From: Octopus bimaculoides
Lineage: Eukaryota
Reading direction: 5' to 3'
NCBI RefSeq assembly: GCF_001194135.2
Contig: NC_069008.1
Span: forward strand, 18,467,390 to 18,531,389
Length of the DNA: 64,000 nucleotides
Below are positions 22,909-34,610 of the stretch, piece after piece. Each line of letters begins with the position of its first letter. Positions within the stretch are counted from its first letter, which is position 1. The notes under the pieces are model-generated. The model was not told where the DNA came from. It worked only from the letters and a program-made list of their open reading frames with translations, and made no database searches. The translations under genes and the position numbers were made by a program.

Positions 22909-25900
22909 GTACTTATTGATCGGATCATGTAGTCTATGACCGGACAGTCATTGGAAAGCTGTAGTGATGACAAAACATGATGACAAAACATGACAAAACA
23001 TGATGACAAAACATGATGACAAAACATGACAAAACATGATGACAAAACATGATGACAAAACATGATGACAAAACATGATGGTTGTTGCTTCAGTGAATGT
23101 GATATTTTGATAAATGACTTGTTAAAGATGTCTCCTTTTATTATGTCATTTTGCAGGGAACTGTTACAGCAGCCAAGAACTTTGATGCAACCACAGCAGC
23201 AGAGGCACTTCATAAAGCAGTTGCTGACCTCGGTAAGAATCCCTGCCAACACATTATATCTGTCATCACAAAACCGATTTATAAATCTCACAGAGTCGAT
23301 CTCTCAAACTGACTTCTCAAAACATTTAAATTAGAAGCCATGACAAGAATTAGATCACAAGGAGAATACTCCGGATGATGGCCTCCTGAGAGGATCAGCA
23401 AAAGTGGGGGTTTCAAGAATTCATGGAAAGTTAGGCAATTTTCTAAAATTACTGATAAAGTCTTTCGTTGGCCCAAGTCTACAGTAGAGACACTTGCTCA
23501 AGGTGCCACACAGGCGTGGCTGTGTGGTAAGAAGCTTGCTTCCCAACTGCAGGGTTTCAGATTCAGTCATCAGCATATTCTTTTATTCTTTTACTTGTTT
23601 CAGTCATTTGACTGTGGCCATGCTGGAGCACTGCCTTTAGTCAAAAAAAAAAAATCAACTCCAGGACTTATTCTTTGTATGCCTAGTACTTATTTTGTTG
23701 ATCTCTTTTGCTGAACTGCTGAGTTTCGGGGACGTAAACACACCAACATCAGTTGTCAAGCAATGGTGGGGGAACAAACATAGACACATAATTACATACA
23801 TATATATATATATGACAGGCTTCTTTCAGTTTCCGGCTACCAGTTTCCGGCTTTGGTTGGCCTGAGGCTACAGTAGAAGACACTTGGTCAAGGTGCCATA
23901 CAGTGGGACCAAACCTGGAACCATGTGGTTGGGAAGCAAGCTTCTTACCACACAGCCATTCCTGTGCCTTATATATATATATATATATATATACATACAT
24001 ACACACATACATGTGTGTATGTCTGTGTTCATGTGCGTGTGTGTGTGTGTGTGGCAGGGTTGTCAGTGTCAGCGTTTGTCCCCTACCACTGCTTGACAAT
24101 CAGAAGCAGTCAAACTAAAAAAAACCAATGCAATAAGTTCTAAGCTTGAAGAAAAATAAGTCCTGGGGTCGATTCATTCAACTGAAACAATTCTTCAAGG
24201 CAGTGCCCCAGCATGGCTGCAGTCTCATGGGTAAAAGAAGTAAACGATAAATGATAAGAGATATAAAAAGGATTTCTGTGGGCAAGGCTAGAGCTATAGA
24301 TGTTGCTGTGCAGTTAAGAAGCTTGTTTCCAAACCATAAGGTCTCAGGTTCAGTCCTACTGTGTGGCAGCCAGTGAAGGAGTCTTCTACTACTTCTCCTG
24401 ACCAAAGCCTTGTGAACAGATTCAGTAAATGGAAACTATAGGAAGCCTATTGCATGCATACATTATGTCTGTACATATGTGTGTTTATGGGTAGCCTTGT
24501 CTTGGTGTCCCCTGGTGGTTGTAAACAAGCATCACCATCATATAAGTGGTGTTGTTTGTTTCTAGTCTTGCATGAAAAACATGTCTGGTCACAGGAAAAT
24601 ATTGCTTTGCTTAGAGACAGGTGAAGTTTGGTGACAGGAAAGGCATCCACCTGTAGAAAATCTTGCCCCAACAAATTCCATCTGACCCCTACATGCAAGG
24701 AAAAGTGATATTAAATGATGATGATGATGACGTGTCTACCAACTGTTAAACCTGCTGAGGGACAAACAAAATTCCTTGTGCTCCATCTTCAAGCCCTTTA
24801 TGTCCTAAATTCAAATCCTGATGAGGTAAACTTTTTCTTTATCCATCAACAATTAATAAAATAAGGTCCCCAGTCCCATAGTGGAGTCAATCTCATTGAC
24901 TGTACCTTCCCCCTTACACTTCAAACTTTGGGTCAATCTCAGTAATCAACATACCTATACCCTGGGCCATGCTTTTTAAATGCTTACTTTTTACAGAATT
25001 TAAATGTTCTGCAAATCTACAAATGTTTTAGAAAATCTGTTTTTCATAATCTAGTTTAAACAATTATATTTAATTAAATACAAAATCAATATTAATTAAT
25101 CCACCTTTACATCTTTGATTTTAAGTAATCTATTTTTATGTAATTATTTTTAATTAAATGCACAATTACTATTTATTAGTTTAAACACAATTTTTATTAG
25201 TTAAATACAAAATCATTATCAATTGATTTTCTTTATTCAATTATTATTAATTAATCCATTATTTTCTATGCTGTTTTTTTTTTGTTTTTTTAAATTCAAA
25301 ACAGTTTTTTTTTTTTTTTTACTTTTTAACTTTCCCTGTGAAGTGGACCTATTTCTTGTGTATTGGGAATATGAAGTGCCGATGCCCCAGGGTGTAGAAT
25401 TGGGGGAGTTCTGGGGGTCAACATAACTTTATTGTGACTGTTTATGTTGATTTTTAAATGCAACCAAAGTCAAGGGTAACTTTTATCCTTTTGGGATAGA
25501 TCCAATAAGTCTAATTATCTGAGCCACACAGGCTATAATAATAAACAGTAGATGTTTTAGCCATTACTTGTGCTGTGTAATCTACAAAAAGGACATTTTT
25601 AGACGAGATTCACTTGTTTATTTTTAATGAAGAGAAGAACAGAAAATGAGGTTTTTTTTGTGAAATGTAGAGAGAACTCAGAAGTGTTTTCTGGAAAGAA
25701 AGCAACCCCTGTTGTGTCAGTGCCACTATAAAATGACCAACACTCAGACAGACAGATAGAGAGATACGTAGATGGAGAGAGAATGAGAGAGATAGAGAGA
25801 AAGAGAAACAGACATATATATACACACATATATATATATATACATTGCTGGGGCCACATAAAGAGCACCTAGTCCTTGCTGTAAAGTGGTCGGTGTTAGG

Positions 25901-26684
25901 AAGAATATCCATCTGTAGAAACCAGGTCAAAAACATTGAAACAGGAGTGAAATGAAGCCCTTAACCCATTGCTGAGCCAAATGAGGTCAGCAGTATCCCC
26001 TCTCCCCTCAGAGATGTACTGAAAACAAGTGCTTCTCCCCCCCCCCACTGTAGAAAATGGAGAGAAAACAATGATGAGGGTAATATACTCACAATGAGAC
26101 ATGTGCCTCTGTGTGACACTGTGTCATTGTGCCGCGCCAGAGAGTTTAGTGCTTCTATTCATCTCTGACACAATGTTGTTTTGTTACAGGAACAAACGAT
26201 GCTAAAGTCATTGAACTCCTCAGCATGTGTAATTACAAACAGAGGGAGGAGATGATGTTGACATACAACAAGAAATACAGCAAGGTAACCATTGTACTGG
26301 TGGTGGTGGAATGTGTGCGTGTTTGTAGATGGGTGTTGGAGTGTGTGTGTGTGGATAAATGTACAGAGGTGTACGTGAGAGAGCGTTTGTATATCCATGT
26401 GAATGTATCTGTGTATGTTTGTGTGGAAGCATTGTGTGTATGTATCTATGTTTGTGTGTTTATGTATATATACTGTGTATGTGGATGAGTGTGAATATAT
26501 ATACACAAATATATATACACATACATATACACACACACACAGACACACACATATATATATACATATTTATGTATGTAAGTGTATGCGTATATGTGTGTGT
26601 GTGTGTGTGTATATACATATATATGAATATTTATATATGCATGTTTAATGTACATATGTGCATGTATGTGTGGGTGTATCTGAG

Positions 26685-26716
<32 letters not shown>

Positions 26717-28189
26717 CCATTTCTTGATAAAACCCACAAGAGCCATGCTGTGATTTGAACCTTCTACCTCTCAGTCTACTCTGCTGTTCCAGGCCATGGT
26801 AAGTGATCTGGCGAGTGATCTCAGCTTCCGTTATAAAGACACGGCCATGGCCCTCCTCACTGAACCGGTTCTCTATGATGTGAAAGAACTGTGCAAAGCA
26901 ATGAAGGTGAGTTCACGTATGTCAGCCATGTTGATGTCTGTGTGTCTGTGTGCTTTTATTGTTGTTGTTGTTGTTTAGCCCCAGGTCAGCCCTGATCCAA
27001 CAGACTTATGATCGAAGATGTTTCAGCTCTGACCACACCATCTTTTATTCAGACAAGAGTGTATCTTGGACTACATTACCTAATGTGTCCTTCCTTCTTG
27101 TAGTTTAACCCCGAGGCCAGTTCTGATGCACTTCACCTCTGATCAATAACAATCCAACTGTGACCATCCCATCTTTTTGTATATATTAGTGAAGGTGTTG
27201 GATCAAATGTGGAGTTCTGTATTTAAGACTCAGCTATGATTTGAGGGAGATTTGGCTGTTATTTTTAGCAAAGGGGGCCACTATAAAGAAGGTTTCCTAA
27301 TTTTGAGAGGTCACATGATTTATTTTGTCACTTAATTGCCTGTGGTAAGTCACATGATCTATTCCATGTCTTTATGACCCCAACAGATCACATGATTTAT
27401 TTTATTGGCTACAACAGGTCCCATGATCTATTTTATCTTCCCACAGGGTCTTGGCACAGATGAAACCACATTCATAGAGATCATCTTCTCTCGTGACGTC
27501 GAAAGAATGGAGGCCATTAAACAACGCTATTTCATTGGTAAGTAAAATATCATCATGACCCCCCTAGCCGCAAACGCATACATTGGATTGGTTTTCTGTC
27601 TGTTTGTAAAATAGACACATCCTTCTCCTCATCATCATCAACAACATTATTTAATGTTTGTCTTCTGGGCTGATTTCATGAATTGGAGGGTTCAACAAGA
27701 TTCTAGAAGTCAAAGGATCACTTCATGCTCCAGTGCCTTCTTTGGACTGTGCGCACTGGTGGGATCAGCTTACAACTTGTAAGACTGAAAGGTCTTAAGG
27801 AATTCCTACACCACCACCCCTACCACCACCTCCGTTAACATAATTCACTAATAAACAATTGCTGTTGCTTTTTGTAGAATATGAAGTCAGTCTTGAAGAA
27901 GACATTTCTGGTGACTGTAGCGGTCATTTTCGTCATTTACTTTTGTCTCAAGTGAAAGGAGCTCGAGAAGGAACTCGGAAAGAAGATGTCGACCTTGGAC
28001 TGGCACAGCAGGACGCTAATTCTCTTTACAAAGTAGGTAACACTGGTGTTTCTAATGCAATTATTGACTCAGTTACTGTTGTTGTTGTTGTTGTTGTTGG
28101 TAGTGTTATTGTCTCTGAGAGCAGAGGCACCCAATAAGAACCCAGACTGCCACCATCTTTCTGATGTATAACGATTATGTAAATATACA

Positions 28190-28220
<31 letters not shown>

Positions 28221-29837
28221 TCTTTAGTTCTTTAAATTGTTTCAGCTTTAAAGCTGCAGTCATGCTGGGGCACCACTATTGGCATCATTATTTAAAACCT
28301 CCTCTGAAGTGTGGCATTTGATGAATGAGGGCACTTGATGTTGCTGCCCTTATCTGCGTTTCCTGCTGTGAGGTAGACTCATCTGGAAGCCTTGATCCAA
28401 TTTTGCTTAGAAGGCACCTACATCCACAAGGCACAAGTCTCTCGGGCATTTTGGAAGGATATTGAAGAGCTGTGGGACCTTGAAACCCAAGCTGTTTCAG
28501 TAGATGGTCCTGTATTTTGATGGCGATGCTGGGATCTTTGGCACCCTGCAGTGGTAATCCAAATGAAAGTTACTTTATTCCACATGGGTAGAAATACAAA
28601 AATGTATATATTCCAGCTGGCTAACGACACACATTCTATGTCCAATTAGTATTTGTGAGGGTAGGTCATCACTTCCATCTCTAGCCTTACATGATACACA
28701 CAGACTTGAGTTTCTGGGTGGTTACCCATATTCAGCATATGTTAATCACCAGCTTGTTTCTTTATTATGATAAAAATTATCGCTACACAGAGGGACATTA
28801 CAAACATTTAGACAAGCTTAGTGAGTTTATATAAAAATGATAAATTCTATGTACTGATATAATTTTAAAAAAATTTATGATGACTTGTCTGTAGAATTTT
28901 GGTTTGGTGACCAGCGACTACACCATGCATTTACCATGGGAAGAATTAAGTAGGGACAGTCACTCCCAACTTCCTCGCAACATGCTTCCATCTTTTTTCA
29001 TATACGCTTTGCAACAGGTGCCTCCTCTCCAGCCCTATCTTGCTCTTCAGGTGGTACCTGTAGTATAATAGCAGTCCAGTGCCGGAGATGAAGGATCTAA
29101 TCTTGACTCCTGGCATTCTTGTTCTCCATGCAGACTCTTTCATTACTGCAACTGTACATAGAAAACATGCCTCACCTTCTTTAGATAATCTGGTGGGTGG
29201 TACAATTTCTATCACATACTCAACTGAACCTGAGATCATCAGTTTGTGCAGCAGACATCACAACCACTTGGCCATGACGTCTCCATTCAATGTGCAATGC
29301 TTTCCTTTCTGGCCCCTTTGTGTCCCAAATAACCCCATTTAGGAAATTTGTGATATTTTTTTAATGAAACTGATTTAAATTTTGTATGACTGTTTTTTTA
29401 GGCTGGAGAGGGCAAACTGGGGACAGATGAGGAGGCATTTAATGCTGTGCTGGCTGGTCGCAGTTTTCCCCACCTCTTCCAGGTTATGAAGTTCTGCCGT
29501 GAAAAGATAGGCCATGATTTTGAACATGCAATACGCTCTGAGACCAGCGGAAACCTGAGAGATGCTTATTTAGCCATTGGTAAGGACTTTCATTCTGTTG
29601 GCTGACAGAGCTGCGTGTGTGAGCGTCTGAGCACCGGAAAATATTCACTCATTTGGAAACGAAGTTTTATTGTTTTGATATTTACTGGTTTCAGTCAATG
29701 GATTGTGACCAAACTGGAGCAACGTGCCTTTTGAGAGGGTTTACTTGCAAATAATAAAGTAGTTTTGTTTCATTTTTATTTTATTGATCTCAAAGCAAAT
29801 GTAAGCGAAGGGAGATAATTCAAACAAATAGTGTTTA

Positions 29838-29879
<42 letters not shown>

Positions 29880-30653
29880 TTTCCAGTTGTTCATCTCGAG
29901 GTCAAAGGAGAGAATCATCTTGCAAGGAATCAATCTTTAAAAAAACTTTTTCCTTAATGAAGTAAAAGAAAAAAAATTAATTATTTTCATGCATTGAATT
30001 TTGATTTTATTTCCTAATTTTCTTTTTTTTTTTTAATCAAAGAGTTGTTTAAATTTGCTTTCATTTCATTCAAGTTGGGTCTCGTCAGTTTCAGAATTTA
30101 GGGGTCAGTTAAACATTGCATTATATTAAATTAAATTGATAAGATAATTAAAATTAAGCGATTCATACATACATACATATATGTGTGTGTGTATATGTCT
30201 ATGTGTGTGTGTGTGTGTGTGTGTATGCTTATCCCATAAAGTTAACCCCTGCCATGTTCTCTGTTTCAGCCGCCATGGCCCGAGGAACCCCGACATTGTT
30301 TGCTCAGCACCTTTACAAATACACAAAAGGACTCGGCACTAACGACTCTAATTTAATCAGAGTCATTGTTAGCAGATGTGAGGTATGTATGGAAACGTAC
30401 ATGTATATATATATAAATATACATACATATATGTATGTATATCTATATATATACATATATATATATGACCGTTGACTGAACACTATTCAATTTTTTTTCT
30501 CCGTGTTTTTCTCCTTGTCTCCGTATTCTTTCTGTTGAAGAGCATAGCTCGAAACGTCAAAGACTTTCCGTATTCCCGAGCGTCATACTAATATATACTT
30601 TTGTTATTTACACCACCTGTCCTCGTCTGTTGTTATTATTTGTATATTCTCCC

Positions 30654-30685
<32 letters not shown>

Positions 30686-30700
30686 GTGTGGTTGTGTGGT

Positions 30701-30735
<35 letters not shown>

Positions 30736-31012
30736 ACCAGATGCTATTCCGTGAACAACTGGGTTGTTTTGCTGTAGTAATAAAAATATTATTTGAACTG
30801 ACTTTAATTTGAATGATGTGGATTAATGTGAACTAAACTGGACTAATGAGGACTGATGTGAGATATGTTGTTTTGTCTCCTTGCAGATTGATATGGTGCA
30901 GATTAAAGAAGAATATTTCAAACTCTATGGCCAAACGTTGGTTGATTGTATAAAAGGTGACACCAGTGGGGACTACAGGAAGTTGCTGCTGGCCCTTATT
31001 GGGGGACATTGA
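22894..31012 (+). CDS. Annexin, complete 320-aa four-repeat protein with short N-terminus, 9 coding exons
   Basis: Exons 22894-22908, 23157-23232, 26190-26284, 26793-26906, 27447-27537, 27878-28032, 29402-29579, 30270-30382 and 30887-31012 total 963 nt. All introns are GT-AG with consistent phases. Annexin motifs MKGLGTDE, GEGKLGTDEEAF, TKGLGTND..LIRVIVSRCE and KGDTSGDYRKLLLAL are present. The invertebrate subfamily cannot be assigned from sequence alone. Confidence 0.96.
22965..23080. repeat. Minisatellite of CATGATGACAAAA (13 bp) and CATGACAAAA (10 bp) units in an annexin intron
   Basis: About 9 units read directly from the sequence. Confidence 0.95.
23157..23232 (+). CDS. Annexin exon (GTVTAAKNFDATTAAEALHKAVADL)
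   Basis: ttttgcag| acceptor, G|GTAAGA donor. Matches the annexin pattern GTV...FDA..DAEAL.KAM. Confidence 0.9.
24296..24730 (+). mobile_element. tRNA-head SINE with an alternative body and RTE-type tail
   Basis: Same head as the 20195 family but a different centre, ending gacaggaaaggcatccacctgtagaaa...(GAT)n. Reverse copy of the centre and tail at 59985-60230. Confidence 0.7.
26190..26284 (+). CDS. Annexin exon, repeat I
   Basis: ttacag| to AAG|GTAACC. Encodes (G)TNDAKVIELLSMCNYKQREEMMLTYNKKYSK. Confidence 0.92.
26793..26906 (+). CDS. Annexin exon, repeat I/II
   Basis: ttccag| to AAG|GTGAGT. Encodes AMVSDLASDLSFRYKDTAMALLTEPVLYDVKELCKAMK. Confidence 0.93.
27447..27537 (+). CDS. Annexin exon, repeat II
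   Basis: cccacag| to G|GTAAGT. Encodes GLGTDETTFIEIIFSRDVERMEAIKQRYFI. Confidence 0.95.
27878..28032 (+). CDS. Annexin exon, repeat II/III
   Basis: tttgtag| to AAA|GTAGGT. Encodes (E)YEVSLEEDISGDCSGHFRHLLLSQVKGAREGTRKEDVDLGLAQQDANSLYK. Confidence 0.95.
28940..29330 (-). mobile_element. L1/Tx1-like LINE ORF2 C-terminal fragment in an annexin intron
   Basis: IEIVPPTRLSKEGEACFLCTVAVMKESAWRTR...YYRYHLKSKIGLERRHL...KRWKHVAR resembles, from memory, the post-zinc-finger C-terminus of Tx1-type ORF2. Not verified by search. Confidence 0.5.
29402..29579 (+). CDS. Annexin exon, repeat III
   Basis: tttttag| to G|GTAAGG. Encodes AGEGKLGTDEEAFNAVLAGRSFPHLFQVMKFCREKIGHDFEHAIRSETSGNLRDAYLAI. Confidence 0.95.
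30270..30382 (+). CDS. Annexin exon, repeat IV
   Basis: gtttcag| to GAG|GTATGT. Encodes (A)AMARGTPTLFAQHLYKYTKGLGTNDSNLIRVIVSRCE. Confidence 0.95.
30887..31012 (+). CDS. Annexin terminal coding exon
   Basis: ttgcag| acceptor. Encodes IDMVQIKEEYFKLYGQTLVDCIKGDTSGDYRKLLLALIGGH then TGA. Confidence 0.96.
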   Translation: MDMVQIKEEYFKLYGQTLVDCIKGDTSGDYRKLLLALIGGH

Positions 31013-31157
31013 GGAGGACGACCACAATGACAAACATGATAGCAACATCAACAATAATAACAAAACATCAACCACACCATCACCTCAACAACAACAACAA
31101 CATTTGATGTCAACTTTCTGTTATATCTTTTCTCTTGCCAGTGCATTGTGTAAATTG

Positions 31158-31163
31158 AATAAA
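31158..31163 (+). terminator. Probable annexin polyadenylation signal
   Basis: First AATAAA after the stop codon (about 145 nt downstream), immediately before an (AAT)n array. Confidence 0.55.
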
Positions 31164-31236
<73 letters not shown>

Positions 31237-31761
31237 TATGGAGTAAGTATGGACTTGACAGAGCAAAAATTGGTATGACCATAAACCCGAAGGTATCATC
31301 GAAAATAAAAATGCAAAGATCTTGTGGGATTTTATGATTCAGTGCAACCATGAGATAGAGAATAGGAAAACAGACATAATCTTAATTGAGAAAGAAAGCA
31401 AACTATGCTGGATCATAGATATAGCATGCCCAGCTGACAACAAGGTATGTGATAAGGAAGAAAGAAAAGTCGATAGACATGACAGGTTAGCTTGGGAGGT
31501 TAAGCAGTTGTAGTCGATGAAAACGATGGTAGTAGTAGCAATAATTGTCGGAGCCCTGGGAACAGTGAGTAAAAATCTCAAGAAGTATATGGAACAAATA
31601 GGGGCTGCAATAAGGGTGGAGCATTTGCAGAAAACAGCACTGCTTGAAACCACTCAAATACTCTGGGAGGTGCTCGTAAAATAAGGGGTGTTACCTTAGT
31701 TCACTGGTACTGAACAGCTGACACTGTAGTGCAACTCCAACGTTAGAAGCTGTGCAAAGGC
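31237..31761 (+). mobile_element. 5'-truncated R4/Dong-clade non-LTR retrotransposon (restriction-like endonuclease domain)
   Basis: WYDHKPEGIIENKNAKILWDFMIQCNHEIENRKTDIILIEK..CWIIDIACPAD..K..KVDRHDRL..VVVAIIVGALGTVSKNL..LQKTALL is an RLE-domain C-terminus. One frameshift and one internal stop. Flanked on both sides by (AAT)n. Confidence 0.85.
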
Positions 31762-31805
<44 letters not shown>

Positions 31806-32057
31806 TAATAACTAGTGGGACCCATGGAAATTCCATGATATTTGAAAATATCATATTAATATATTGAATAGAAGCAAGGAATTTCAAGAATTTTTTTTGA
31901 AATCCTTCTATTTAATTAAAACTGTGCTTTTAAATACAACACCTGTTTGTATATCTATTGATATATCTGAAAACTCACCTTCTTCTCTGCCTGTCTGTCT
32001 GTGTATCTATCTGTGTATGTATGTACGTATGTATGTATGTATCTATCTGTCTGTCTT

Positions 32058-32114
<57 letters not shown>

Positions 32115-32587
32115 TTATCTACCTATTTGTTTGTCTCTCTGTCTACCTATCCATCTGTCTACATGTGTCTGTGTGTCTGTCTGCCTAATTAACTGTCATA
32201 TCTAATGTTCCTTCTGCCTATGACTGTGCCTGTCTCCTCTCATAAAACTGATAAGCATTTAAACCTGATAGCAAAAACAAAAAAGTGGAGGGGGGGGGGT
32301 AGTGATGTCCGCACATCACCACAGCCTTTGATCTGGAATATGTAAAAGATAAAACTTTAACATTCACAGCTATTTGCTAAGATTATTTCACTTTAACTAT
32401 CTATAAATCCACAAATTTATAGATCTTCATGACATTGTTTCATTATTTACAATTGACAGATATTTATCCTCATTTTGTTTGTTGCTAAGACATTTCGGCT
32501 GATATACCCTCCAGCCTTCATCAGGTGTCTTGCGGAAATTTCGAACCTAGGTTCTCATTCCTAAGGTATTTTTTGATGTTATTGTTA

Positions 32588-32651
<64 letters not shown>

Positions 32652-32699
32652 ATATAGAATTGTTTCATTATGTTAAACATTTCAATTGAACATACAAAT

Positions 32700-33110
32700 G
32701 CAGAATGAAAGAGACTCTCTCTTTCTCTCTCTCTCCATCTCCTTCTCTCTATTTCTCTCTTATTTTCTTTCTCTATTTTTTTTTTCACTGATTCCACTAT
32801 TTCCATTTCTCTCTCTTTCTCTCCCTTTCTCTCTCTCTTTGTCTCCCTTTCTCTCTCTCTTTGTCTCCCTTTCTCTCTCTCTTTGTCTCCCTTTCTCTCT
32901 CTCTTCGTCTCCCTTTCTCTCTCTTTCTCTCCCTTTCTCTCTCTCTTTCTCTCCCTTTCTCTCTCACTTTGTCTCCGTTTCTCTCTCTTTCTCTCCCTTT
33001 CTCTCTCTCTTTCTCTCCCTTTCTCTCTCTTTCTCTCTCTCTTTCTCTCGCTTTCTCTCTCTCTTTCTCTCACTGTCTCTCTCTCTTTGTCTCCCTTTCT
33101 CTCTCTAAAT
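32700..33110. repeat. CT-rich compound satellite (about 20-22-bp units such as ctctctctttgtctccctttct)
   Basis: Read directly; it explains the S/L/F-rich and R/E-rich pseudo-ORFs there. Confidence 0.9.
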
Positions 33111-34419
33111 ATCCTTCTCCCTTTCAGCTATTACCTCTCTTGGCACAACATTGCCAAATCAATCGCACTGCAAGAACAAGCAGAAGAACATTAAAGACAA
33201 TGACAAAAGCAGATAACAAACAGTGCAATCTCAGCCTCTGCCCACGAACGAGTCGCAGCTGGCAGCCTGCAGCAGACGCTCGTGAATCGTTTTAGAAGGA
33301 TAAACCCCTTCAGAACAATGCCACCATCGATCCATTGAGGATGGGACAACTGGAGGACAGAGAGCTGCCCCCTCGTAGTCAGCTGCTACACATTCTCTTG
33401 ACAGGAGCATTTTGAAGGATCGTACCTTCTACACACACACACACGCACACACACACACACACTCATTGTCGTGCTTAATCATATGTAATTCTGCTCCAGT
33501 ACTTTAAATGTATTTCATTTTACCAGAATTCTTTTTAAGTTGGGGTTTTAGGGTAGGATTAGGGATTTCTCTGCTTCTTAAACATTTCTGGCCTTTGATG
33601 ATTTTTTGAAATTCTATAATAAAAATGTAGTAAAATACAAATTAAAAAAGGTATTTCTGTTATATTTTTAATTTTCTAAATTGTCTCATTGTTTGCTGTG
33701 GAATAAATTTTTCTTGTAACATCAAGGGTTACTTGATAGTAAATCAAAGACTTCCTTTATCAACTTACCCTGCAAAATACATGAACTTTATCATGATATA
33801 GCTATTGTAAATACATACATACATACATACATACATAAAATGGGTCCCTAGGATTACACACACACACACACACATGACAGTCTTCCATACAGTTTCCATC
33901 TCCCAAATTCACTTACAATCAAGTCTCTCATTAGAAGAGAAAAATGCAAGGGAGATAAATCCTATGGAGATAATCAAACGAAGAGTTATTTCCTTTGAAC
34001 TACCGACAGTCTCTTCTGTGGCAGGGATAGCTTTAAATGGTAATTAGAATTGGAGGAAATAGCAGCCAAATCTCCCTCAAATCACACCCTACTGTTTTAC
34101 GTATGCATGAAGCAATGAAGGACACCTCTACATGGTAGCTAGAGCTGGTGAAAATCAAAATTCATTCACAAGTGAATCATGGTGCATTCTCACAGATTAT
34201 ATATCATGATATGTATGCATGTATATGTGTATGGATGTATATATATGTACGTGTGCATCAAATGTCTCTTCTACAAGACATTTGTTGCTGTCTCTCTAAC
34301 AAATTTTTATCTTTCACCACCCGACATAAAACCCTTTCTCTCAAAATCACAGCCCAGCTCAGTTGAGGGAGTCATTTTGAAACATATTTAGTAATGATGA
34401 TAATGATGATGCATACATG

Positions 34420-34610
34420 CCAGTGCCACCTGACTGGCTCCCGTGCCGGTAACACGTAAAAAGCACCCACTACACTCTCGGAGTGGTTAGCGTTAGGAAG
34501 GGCATCCAGCTGTAGAAACTCTGCCAGATCAGATTGGAGCTTGGTGCGGCCTTCTAGTTCACCAGTCTCCAATCTAACCATCCAACCCATGCCAGCATGG
34601 AAAACGGACA
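34420..34610 (+). mobile_element. Isolated RTE 3' tail copy
   Basis: aaaagcacccactacactctcggagtggttagcgttaggaagggcatccagctgtagaaactctgcc...ccaacccatgccagcatgg. Confidence 0.75.

Noticed and set aside
22965-23080. Short repeats that might suggest a CRISPR array
   Set aside because: Head-to-tail units with no unique spacers, inside a eukaryotic intron, with no cas genes.
28029-28040. Tandem donors AAA|GTAG|GTAACA at the end of an annexin exon
   Set aside because: The downstream donor would shift the frame; this is a common motif with no supporting evidence.
32648-33295. Arg/Glu-rich and Ser/Leu/Phe-rich ORFs
   Set aside because: Translations of a CT-rich satellite. The same applies to the many YIYI, CVCV, HTHT and YLSI ORFs from (TA)n, (CA)n and (TAGA)n arrays.
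33762-33778. Minus-strand ttttgcAG-G-GTAAGT motif resembling a recursive splice site or 1-nt exon
   Set aside because: No minus-strand host gene is supported here, and a single motif is expected by chance.
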